DNA of 64,000 bases from Eledone cirrhosa. Taxonomy: Eukaryota. The notes below the pieces were generated by a model. It was given only the letters and a program-made list of their open reading frames with translations, searched no databases and was not told the DNA's origin. This document shows, piece after piece, positions 54,284-64,000 of the stretch. The position numbers and the translations under genes are program-made. The stretch lies in NCBI GenBank assembly GCA_964016885.1, contig OZ024740.1, positions 426,684,001 through 426,748,000 on the forward strand, written 5' to 3'. How positions within the stretch are numbered: the first letter of the stretch is position 1; the number at the start of each line of letters is the position of its first letter.

Positions 54284-54532
54284 AATGTAGGAGTTATATT
54301 ACTATATATTTTGATGTTTCTACTTTTTACAATTTTCTATTATTGTTGTTGTTTCTGCTGTTGAATGTGATGGATTGGCAGTACCTGTAATCATCAGACA
54401 ACATGCTTTACAGTATGGAGTTATGGCCCTTTACGTTCCGAGTTAAAATCGCGCCCATGTCAACTTAAAATAAATTAACAATAACGTCCAGGGTATTTCA
54501 CGGCCTTGTTACAAAAGTAGAAACAATTATTT

Positions 54533-54564
<32 letters not shown>

Positions 54565-54804
54565 CTTCTTCTTCTTCTTCTTCTTCTTCTTCTTCTTCTT
54601 CTTCTTCTTCTTCTTCTTCTTCTTCTTCATCTTCTTCTTCTTCTTCTTCTTCTTCTTCTTCACACCACCAGCATCACGTGACCTACCTGTGAGGAGGGCC
54701 GTCAGCAATAGTAATCATAGAACATATAGAATCCGTCGGGGCCGCCCTTATTATTTACTATATATATATATATATATATATTGTAAAGAAACAGACTCAT
54801 GTGA

Positions 54805-54877
54805 GGGGAATTAGCTCAGATGGTAGAGCGCTCGCTTAGCATGCGAGAGGTACCGGGATCGATGCCCGGATTCTCCA
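54805..54877 (+). tRNA. tRNA-Ala-AGC: tRNA-Ala(AGC) unit 42
   Basis: Consensus cloverleaf. Confidence 0.97.
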
Positions 54878-55531
54878 TGCGTCAAGATTTCTTTTCAAAT
54901 ATTTTTTTCTTGTTCAAAACTACAGCCTCACATGACCTTCTTTTGAGGTTGGCTGTCAGTTGTAATCGATAGAAGTGATAACACAATTGGCCCTTAAATT
55001 CATAGAGCCTGAAAATAGCACCAGACTATTTCAACCATATATCTATATATATAAAATATAGGAGGTCTGTTTGAACAAATCCCTAAAACTCCAGATGTAC
55101 TCGACTGACTTTTTTCAAACTTTACACATGTGTTACTTGTAATACTTGAAGTGCAATAGGCTAGTAGAAATTTAACTTTTGATGTTATTTTTTCATGTTC
55201 AAATATGTAGCATCACGTGACCTTCATTTGAACATGTCTCTCGCTATAGTCAATTGACATAATCACACAATTGGTCGTTAAAGTTGAACAACTTGAATAT
55301 CGTGCAGGAGGATTTAAACCAAATATGTTTTATAAAAGCAAACTCTCACAATGGAAAATACATAGAAATTGAATCAGTCTAAGAAAATACATATCAAACT
55401 TACGATCATTGTCAAATCTGTTAGTAGGGAAAATTCAATATTAATTTTAACTAACCAGTCAAATCGAATTGGTCAAAGATCTCCGTATGTCATTCACTAT
55501 AAAGATGTATATAACTGTGTGGTTCTCGTGA

Positions 55532-55604
55532 GGGGAATTAGCTCAGATGGTAGAGCGCTCGCTTTGCATGCGAGAGATACCGGGATCGACGCCCGGATTC
55601 TCCA
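55532..55604 (+). tRNA. tRNA-Ala-TGC: tRNA-Ala(TGC) unit 43, G46A
   Basis: Variable loop AGATA. Confidence 0.92.
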
Positions 55605-55849
55605 AATGTAGGAGTTATATTGCTATATATTTTGATGTTTCTACATTTTACAATTTTCTATTATTGTTGTTGTTTTTGCTGTTGAATGTGATGGATTGGC
55701 AGTATCTGTAATCATCAGAAAACATGCTTTACAGTATAGAGTTATGGCCCTTTACGTTCCGAGTTAAAATCGCGCCCATGTCAACTTAAAATAAATGAAC
55801 AATAATGTACTGGGTATTTCACGGCCTTGTTCCAAAATTAGAAACAATT

Positions 55850-55902
<53 letters not shown>

Positions 55903-56118
55903 CTTCTTCTTCTTCTTCTTCTTCTTCTTCTTCTTCTTCTTCTTCTTCTTCTTCTTCTTCTTCTTCTTCTTCTTCTTCACACCACCAGCATCACGTGACC
56001 TACCTGTGAGGAGGGCCGTCAGCAATAGTAATCATAGAACATATAGAATCCGTCCGAGGCCGCCCTTATTATTTACTATATATGTATATATATATTGTAG
56101 AGAAACAGACTCATGTGA

Positions 56119-56191
56119 GGGGAATTAGCTCAGATGGTAGAGCGCTCGCTTAGCATGCGAGAGGTACCGGGATCGATGCCAGGATTCTCCA
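56119..56191 (+). tRNA. tRNA-Ala-AGC: tRNA-Ala(AGC) unit 43, C63A
   Basis: 3' T stem CCAGG. Confidence 0.9.
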
Positions 56192-56843
56192 TGCGTCAAG
56201 ATTTCTTTTCAAATATTTTTTCTTCTTCAAAACTACAGCATCACATGACCATCTTTTGAGGTTGGCTGTCTGTTGTAATCGATAGAAGTTGTAACACAAT
56301 TGTCCCTTAATTCGTACAGCCTGAAAATAGCACCAGACTATTTCAACCATATATCTATATATATAAAACATAGGAGGTCTGTTTGTGCAAATCCCTAAAA
56401 CTCCAGATGTACTCGACTGACTTTTTTCAAACTTTACACATATGTTACTTATAATACTTGAAGTGCAATAGGCTAGTAGAAATTTAACTTTTGATGTTAT
56501 TTTTTCATGTTCAAATATGTAGCATCACGTGACCTTCATTTGAACATGTCTCTCGCTATAGTCAATTGACATAATCACACAATTGGTCGTTAAAGTTGAA
56601 CAACTTGAATATCGTGCAGGAGGATTTAAACCAAATATGTTTTATAAAAGCAAACTCTCACAATGGAAAATACATAGAAATTGAATCAGTCTAAGAAAAT
56701 ACATATCAAACTTACGATCATTGTCAAATCTGTTAGTAGGGATAATTGAGTATTAATTTTAACTAACCAGTCAAATCGAATTGGTCAAAGATCTCCGTAT
56801 GTCATTCACTATATAGATGTATATAACTGTGTGGTTCTCGTGA

Positions 56844-56916
56844 GGGGAATTATCTCAGATGGTAGAGCGCTCGCTTTGCATGCGAGAGGTACCGGGATCA
56901 ACGCCCGGATTCTCCA
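56844..56916 (+). tRNA. tRNA-Ala-TGC: tRNA-Ala(TGC) unit 44, G10T and A57
   Basis: GGGGAATTATCTCAG. Confidence 0.8.
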
Positions 56917-57428
56917 AATGTAGGAGTTATATTACTATATATTTTGATGTTTCTACTTTTTACAATTTTCTATTATTGTTGTTGTTTCTGCTGTTGAATG
57001 TGATGGATTGGCAGTACCTGTAATCATCAGACAACATGCTTTACAGTATAGAGTTATGGCCCTTTACGTTCCGAGTTAAAATCGCGCCCATGTCAACTTA
57101 AAATAAATTAACAATAACGTCCAGGGTATTTCACGGCCTTGTTACAAAAGTAGAAACAATTATTTTTGTTGTTGTTGTTGTTGTTGTTGTTGTTCTTCTT
57201 CTTCTTCTTCTTCTTCTTCTTCTTCTTCTTCTTCTTCTTCTTCTTCTTCTTCATCTTCTTCTTCTTCTTCTTCTTCTTCTTCTTCACACCACCAGCATCA
57301 CGTGACCTACCTGTGAGGAGGGCCGTCAGCAATAGTAATCATAGAACATATAGAATCCGTCGGGGCCGCCCTTATTATTTACTATATATATATATATATA
57401 TATATTGTAAAGAAACAGACTCATGTGA

Positions 57429-57501
57429 GGGGAATTAGCTCAGATGGTAGAGCGCTCGCTTAGCATGCGAGAGGTACCGGGATCGATGCCCGGATTCTCC
57501 A
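57429..57501 (+). tRNA. tRNA-Ala-AGC: tRNA-Ala(AGC) unit 44
   Basis: Consensus cloverleaf. Confidence 0.97.
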
Positions 57502-58155
57502 TGCGTCAAGATTTCTTTTCAAATATTTTTTTCTTGTTCAAAACTACAGCCTCACATGACCTTCTTTTGAGGTTGGCTGTCAGTTGTAATCGATAGAAGT
57601 GATAACACAATTGGCCCTTAAATTCATAGAGCCTGAAAATAGCACCAGACTATTTCAACCATATATCTATATATATAAAATATAGGAGGTCTGTTTGTGC
57701 AAATCCCTAAAACTCCAGATGTACTCAACTGACTTTTTTCAAACTTTACACATGTGTTACTTATAATACTTGAAGTGCAATAGGCTAGTAGAAATTTAAC
57801 TTTTGATGTTATTTTTTCATGTTCAATTATGTAGCATCACGTGACCTTCATTTGAACATGTCTCTCGCTATAGTCAATTGACATAATCACACAATTGGTC
57901 GTTAAAGTTGAACAACTTGAATATCGTGCAGGAGGATTTAAACCAAATATGTTTTATAAAAGCAAACTCTCACAATGGAAAATACATAGAAATTGAATCA
58001 GTCTAAGAAAATACATATCAAACTTACGATCATTGTCAAATCTGTTAGTAGGGAAAATTCAGTATTAATTTTAACTAACCAGTCAAATCGAATTGGTCAA
58101 AGATCTCCGTATGTCATTCACTATATAGATGTATATAACTGTGTGGTTCTCGTGA

Positions 58156-58228
58156 GGGGAATTAGCTCAGATGGTAGAGCGCTCGCTTTGCATGCGAGAG
58201 GTACCCGGATCGACGCCCGGATTCTCCA
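58156..58228 (+). tRNA. tRNA-Ala-TGC: tRNA-Ala(TGC) unit 45, G51C
   Basis: 5' T stem CCCGG. Confidence 0.87.
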
Positions 58229-58477
58229 AATGTAGGACTTATATTACTATATATTTTGATGTTTCTACATTTTACAATTTTCTATTATTGTTGTTGTTTC
58301 TGCTGTTGAATGTGATGGATTGGCAGTATCTGTAATCATCAGACAACATGCTTTACAGTATAGAGTTATGGCCCTTTACGTTCCGAGTTAAAATCGCGCC
58401 CATGTCAACTTAAAATAAATTAACAATAATGTACTGGGTATTTCACGGCCTTGTTCCAAAAGTAAAAACAATTATAT

Positions 58478-58722
<245 letters not shown>

Positions 58723-58864
58723 CACACCACCAGCATCACGTGACCTACCTGTGAGGAGGGCCGTCAGCAATAGTAATCATAGAACATATAGAATCCGTCG
58801 GGGCCGCCCTTATTATTTACTATATATATATATATATATATTGTAAAGAAACAGACTCATGTGA

Positions 58865-58937
58865 GGGGAATTAGCTCAGATGGTAGAGCGCTCGCTTAGC
58901 ATGCGAGAGGTACCGGGATCGATGCCCGGATTTTCCA
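58865..58937 (+). tRNA. tRNA-Ala-AGC: tRNA-Ala(AGC) unit 45, C69T
   Basis: Ends ATTTTCCA. Confidence 0.9.
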
Positions 58938-59591
58938 TGCGTCAAGATTTCTTTTCAAATATTTTTTTCTTGTTCAAAACTACAGCATCACATGACCTTC
59001 TTTTGAGGTTGGCTGTCAGTTGTAATCGATAGAAGTGATAACACAATTAGCCCTTATATTCATACAGCCTGAAAATAGCACCAGACTATTTCAACCATAT
59101 ATCTATATATATAAAATATAGGAGGTCTGTTTGAACAAATCCCTAAAACTCCAGATGTACTCGACTGACTTTTTTCAAACTTTACACATGTGTTACTTGT
59201 AATACTTGAAGTGCAATAGGCTAGTAGAAATTTAACTTTTGATGTTATTTTTTCATGTTCAAATATGTAGCATCACGTGACCTTCATTTGAACATGTCTC
59301 TCGCTATAGTCAATTGACATAATCACACAATTGGTCGTTAAAGTTGAACAACTTGAATATCGTGCAGGAGGATTTAAACCAAATATGTTTTATAAAAGCA
59401 AACTCTCACAATGGAAAATACATAGAAATTGAATCAGTCTAAGAAAATACATATCAAACTTACGATCATTGTCAAATCTGTTAGTAGGGATAATTGAGTA
59501 TTAATTTTAACTAACCAGTCAAATCGAATTGGTCAAAGATCTCCGTATGTCATTCACTATAAAGATGTATATAACTGTGTGGTTCTCGTGA

Positions 59592-59664
59592 GGGGAATTA
59601 GCTCAGATGGTAGAGCGCTCGCTTTGCATGCGAGAGATACCGGGATCGACGCCCGGATTCTCCA
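59592..59664 (+). tRNA. tRNA-Ala-TGC: tRNA-Ala(TGC) unit 46, G46A
   Basis: Variable loop AGATA. Confidence 0.92.
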
Positions 59665-59909
59665 AATGTAGGAGTTATATTACTATATATTTTGATGTTT
59701 CTACATTTTACAATTTTCTATTATTGTTGTTGTTTTTGCTGTTGAATGTGATGGATTGGCAGTATCTGTAATCATCAGAAAACATGCTTTACAGTATAGA
59801 GTTATGGCCCTTTACGTTCCGAGTTAAAATCGCGCCCATGTCAACTTAAAATAAATGAACAATAATGTACTGGGTATTTCACGGCCTTGTTCCAAAATTA
59901 GAAACAATT

Positions 59910-59965
<56 letters not shown>

Positions 59966-60175
59966 CTTCTTCTTCTTCTTCTTCTTCTTCTTCTTCTTCT
60001 TCTTCTTCTTCTTCTTCTTCTTCTTCTTCTTCTTCACACCACCAGCATCACGTGACCTACCTGTGAGGAGGGCCGTCAGCAATAGTAATCATAGAACATA
60101 TAGAATCCGTCCGAGGCCGCCCTTATTATTTACTATATATGTATATATATATTGTAGAGAAACAGACTCATGTGA

Positions 60176-60248
60176 GGGGAATTAGCTCAGATGGTAGAGC
60201 GCTCGCTTAGCATGCGAGAGGTACCGGGATCGATGCCAGGATTCTCCA
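60176..60248 (+). tRNA. tRNA-Ala-AGC: tRNA-Ala(AGC) unit 46, C63A
   Basis: 3' T stem CCAGG. Confidence 0.9.
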
Positions 60249-60900
60249 TGCGTCAAGATTTCTTTTCAAATATTTTTTCTTCTTCAAAACTACAGCATCA
60301 CATGACCATCTTTTGAGGTTGGCTGTCTGTTGTAATCGATAGAAGTTGTAACACAATTGTCCCTTAATTCGTACAGCCTGAAAATAGCACCAGACTATTT
60401 CAACCATATATCTATATATATAAAACATAGGAGGTCTGTTTGTGCAAATCCCTAAAACTCCAGATGTACTCGACTGACTTTTTTCAAACTTTACACATAT
60501 GTTACTTATAATACTTGAAGTGCAATAGGCTAGTAGAAATTTAACTTTTGATGTTATTTTTTCATGTTCAAATATGTAGCATCACGTGACCTTCATTTGA
60601 ACATGTCTCTCGCTATAGTCAATTGACATAATCACACAATTGGTCGTTAAAGTTGAACAACTTGAATATCGTGCAGGAGGATTTAAACCAAATATGTTTT
60701 ATAAAAGCAAACTCTCACAATGGAAAATACATAGAAATTGAATCAGTCTAAGAAAATACATATCAAACTTACGATCATTGTCAAATCTGTTAGTAGGGAT
60801 AATTGAGTATTAATTTTAACTAACCAGTCAAATCGAATTGGTCAAAGATCTCCGTATGTCATTCACTATATAGATGTATATAACTGTGTGGTTCTCGTGA

Positions 60901-60973
60901 GGGGAATTATCTCAGATGGTAGAGCGCTCGCTTTGCATGCGAGAGGTACCGGGATCAACGCCCGGATTCTCCA
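60901..60973 (+). tRNA. tRNA-Ala-TGC: tRNA-Ala(TGC) unit 47, G10T and A57
   Basis: GGGGAATTATCTCAG. Confidence 0.8.
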
Positions 60974-61455
60974 AATGTAGGAGTTATATTACTATATATT
61001 TTGATGTTTCTACTTTTTACAATTTTCTATTATTGTTGTTGTTTCTGCTGTTGAATGTGATGGATTGGCAGTACCTGTAATCATCAGACAACATGCTTTA
61101 CAGTATAGAGTTATGGCCCTTTACGTTCCGAGTTAAAATCGCGCCCATGTCAACTTAAAATAAATTAACAATAACGTACAGGGTATTTCACGGCCTTGTT
61201 ACAAAAGTAGAAACAATTATTTTTGTTTTTGTTGTTGTTGTTGTTGTTGTTCTTCTTCTTCTTCTTCTTCTTCTTCTTCTTCTTCTCCTCCTTCTTCTTC
61301 TTCTTCTTCTTCTTCACACCAGCAACATCACGTGACCTACCTGTGAGGAGGTCCGACAGTAATAGTAATTATAGAATATATAGAAGCCGTCCGTGGCCGC
61401 CCTTATTATTTACTAACTATGTATATATATATTGTAGAGAAACAGACTTATCTGA

Positions 61456-61528
61456 GGGGAATTAGCTCAGATGGTAGAGCGCTCGCTTAGCATGCGAGAG
61501 GTACCGGGATCGACGCCCGGATTCTCCA
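61456..61528 (+). tRNA. tRNA-Ala-AGC: Terminal tRNA-Ala(AGC), chimeric: AGC anticodon with TGC-type C59 and TGC-type 3' flank
   Basis: CTTAGCAT...ATCGACGCCCGGATTCTCCA then AATGTAGGAGTTATATT; TTTT at ~61547. Confidence 0.95.
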
Positions 61529-61839
61529 AATGTAGGAGTTATATTGTTTTGACGAATTTTGTTGCGTTGAAACTATGTTCCTTTGTGCCAATGGAGTTTG
61601 GGCGTTTTGTCGCTTACAAGATTGGGGAACAATGTTAAAAATTACTAGTGTCAATATATAGCATTTTATATCAATATAACATTTAATGCATATATCCCAG
61701 GATAGACTTTGTCCAGTGCCTATTTTTGGTAATAACATAAAACAATTGAGAGATCTAAAACCAAATGTCTGACTCATCAGGGATGCCGGAATATTCAAAT
61801 ACAATAACATGCAGTTGTTCAGCCTGTTAGACATAGTAG

Positions 61840-62128
61840 CTCAACCTCAAACCCAGGTACTATGGCCCGCCTTTCAGAGGAAAGGAAGATAAACAGATGC
61901 CGTTGATTGTCCGGTAGCTTCCTCTTCACGCCGATCGCTGTCGAGACCTCATGGGTACTTGGACCCCGCACAGTCGAGTTCCTCCGCAAGATCGGAACGT
62001 CGGTGGCTTACCTGACCAAGGATCCCCGCGAGGTGGGGTGGCTGTTGCAGCGAATGTCGCTGGCCATTGTTCACGGGATTGCTTTTGTGATCTTGCAAAG
62101 GACTAACAAGTTTCTCTGTAAAGACTGA
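61840..62128 (+). mobile_element. Decayed 5'-truncated fragment of an RLE-type (CRE-like) non-LTR retrotransposon, C-terminal part of the endonuclease region
   Basis: In-frame translation STSNPGTMARLSEERKINRCR*LSGSFLFTPIAVETSWVLGPRTVEFLRKIG...TKDPREVGWLLQRMSLAIVHGIAFVIL matches the recalled CRE-type pattern AE..K..KY..L...F.P.AVET.G..G.....FL..IG.....T.D.RE..FL.QR.S.A.QRGNA..I; in-frame TGA at 61904; local GC rise. Confidence 0.75.
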
Positions 62129-62277
62129 AGGGTGAGTTCATTTAATAGTGCAACAACTATTGCCCTTACTAAGGATTCTAGTATCTGTCTGTTAGCGTTG
62201 TTTGAGGGATCCACTGGTGGGATAAGAAACTTGGTCAGTCCAAAATTAAGAAAATTGTTTTAGAACAAGTAGGTAAA

Positions 62278-62384
62278 ATATACATAGATACATACATATA
62301 TACACACTTAAGTACATACATAAATACGTGCGTACAAACATATATATATACATAAATACATACAAACATATATATATACATCTG

Positions 62385-62430
<46 letters not shown>
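62278..62430. repeat. TA/TACA-rich simple repeats ending in (TA)n
   Basis: Directly visible. Confidence 0.9.
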
Positions 62431-62432
<2 letters not shown>

Positions 62433-62496
62433 CCTTTAATGTCTTTCCCCCACTCCCCCTCACACCCTCGGAACTCTTTTCCCTCCCACTTTTCTC

Positions 62497-62527
62497 CTGA
62501 TGAAGGGCTTATGCCCGAAACGTCGTC
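62497..62527 (+). ncRNA. Minimal hammerhead-ribozyme-like core (Penelope-element type), probably decayed
   Basis: CTGATGA-A-GGGC-TTAT-GCCC-GAAA-CGTC: conserved core boxes, perfect 4-bp stem II, palindromic ACGT stem III; stem I pairing is poor. Confidence 0.55.
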
Positions 62528-62611
62528 CCCGAGCTCCCACTCTCAACCATGAACCTAATACTAACACTTTGTATTGCACTCTTCGTTATTGTTTTTGTTT
62601 TCTGTTTTAAC

Positions 62612-62665
62612 TATATATATATATATACATATATATATATGTTTGAACGTGTGTGTGTGCGCGCA
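62612..62665. repeat. (TA)n and (GT)n/(GC)n microsatellites
   Basis: Directly visible. Confidence 0.85.
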
Positions 62666-62837
62666 TGATTGTGTGTATATCTAGTGTACGATAAAGGTAG
62701 TCAACACATTCTGGTGAAGTATATCTTGGTTATCAATTTAGAATATTGAATACTAAGAAAGATTTTTCTGTTTTAGATAGCCTTAAGTGAAGAATTTTTG
62801 TTATTTTCTTTGTTATTGCTGGCATTATTGGTGTTTA

Positions 62838-63063
62838 GCGGTGGATTGACAGTATCGGTAGAGGGTCTGACGCTATGCTTTATAGCAAAGCGTTACGGCC
62901 CTTTATGGTCTGAGTTCAAATCCCGCCGAGGTTAACTTTGCCTTTCATCCTTATGGGTTCGATAAAATAAAGCACCAGTAATACACTGGGATAATTATTG
63001 GTGTTTAGCCCTAGGTATATACTGATCCAACAAACCTATGATGGAAGGTCTTACGGCTGCGAC
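62838..63063 (+). mobile_element. tRNA-derived SINE, octopus OK-like family (family name from memory)
   Basis: B box GAGTTCAAATCC followed by GCCGAGGTTAACTTTGCCTTTCATCCTT..GG.TCGATAAAATAAAG.ACCAG...ACTGGG, a body I recall from octopus SINEs; 3' boundary approximate. Confidence 0.75.
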
Positions 63064-63468
63064 AGTGTTAGCTTTCTTTTCTACTCTTAATATATCAAGA
63101 ACCACATTATCTTCTTTGTAAGCGGGTTCGACTACATTGACATGAAAGCTCTCACATAGCAATGTGATATGATTTTTATTATTCTTCACGCTATTGCGTT
63201 GGCAATCACTCGTTTTTTAAGCGCTGAGAATATAAAGAATGATATGCTCATGCACAGAGATGCTATAAATTAGGGTTAACACCCTTAAAAGTCTGAAAAA
63301 GAAATTACCATAGGCCAGTATGAGAAATTGAACACTACATCTCCATAGCAATTATTTGGGTGATACAGGGTTCAAGTCCTCATAGCTGCCGATGGCGACA
63401 CTTTTTCCGTCTTTTAAAGGTCTTCAACCTATTTTGTAATTTATTTTATAGCATTTCTCCACAGTGAA

Positions 63469-63612
63469 GGCGCATGGCTTAGTGGTTAGAGTATTGGGCT
63501 TGCAATGGAAAGCTTGTGAGTTCAATTCTCAGATCGGGTGATGTGTTGTTTCCTTGAGCAAGACACTTATTTCACGTTGCTCCAGTTTACTCAGCTGTAG
63601 AAATGAGATGAT
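63469..63612 (+). mobile_element. CORE-SINE (tRNA head plus MIR-like CORE domain; octopus OR-like)
   Basis: A box TGGCTTAGTGG, B box GAGTTCAATTC, then CCTTGAGCAAGACACTTA..CCAGTTTACTCAGCTGTAGAAATGAG, similar to the CORE consensus CCTTGGGCAAGTCACTTAA..CAGTTTCCTCATCTGTAAAATGGG. Confidence 0.8.
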
Positions 63613-64000
63613 AAGACTGGGGTCCCTATCATTAAATCACCCAATACACCTCCAACGAGATATACCTTGGAGGAGGCCAGCTAAACCTGCATAGGTGTGA
63701 GCTGTCACACACATCACACACATTTCTGCACATGTGAACATCATCCTTTATATCAACTGATTTTCATTTTTGTTGCTAAAAGTTTCGGTGGAAAATAATG
63801 CTTAAAAAAGTAATTGGTCCATCTATTTGACTCTTGTGAGTGAGTTAATCTATTTCGTAGTAACTTCGATTAAACTTCAATTGTAACATAATGTTTTACC
63901 TATTTATTTTGGAGTTCTGAAGATAATAAGAATCATCAGATTCCAGTCACATATACGGATTTAAAGCTTAGCAGGATCTCTTCAGTGTAATGTTAAATTT

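Noticed and set aside
61487-63189. Flank ORFs 61487-61834(-), 62328-62552(+) and 62995-63189(-)
   Set aside because: Short, overlap tRNA, microsatellite or SINE sequence, and show no recognisable protein features
63364-63382. AGGGTTCAAGTCCT B-box hairpin as another tRNA gene
   Set aside because: No convincing A box, D arm or acceptor stem; at most a SINE remnant

Overview
Eukaryotic, AT-rich, essentially non-coding DNA; the SINE families suggest a mollusc, probably a cephalopod/octopus (inference from recalled SINE sequences). Bases 1-~61545 are the right end of a head-to-tail tandem array that runs off the left edge. I count 47 units of ~1.23-1.35 kb. Each unit holds tRNA-Ala(TGC), a decayed tRNA-derived SINE, a variable (GTT)n(CTT)m microsatellite, tRNA-Ala(AGC) and a spacer, giving 94 tRNA-Ala genes/pseudogenes, all on +. 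The two isoacceptors differ only at positions 34 and 59. Units group into 2-, 4- and 5-unit higher-order duplications. One unit has a pure ~1.27 kb (GTC)n tract and another a pure (GTT)~81. The array ends in an AGC/TGC chimeric tRNA. The ~2.4 kb flank holds a decayed CRE-like RLE retrotransposon 3' end, a Penelope-type minimal hammerhead core, TA microsatellites and two SINEs. Almost all ORFs in the track are artefacts of the repeat. Counts and variant calls were made by eye.
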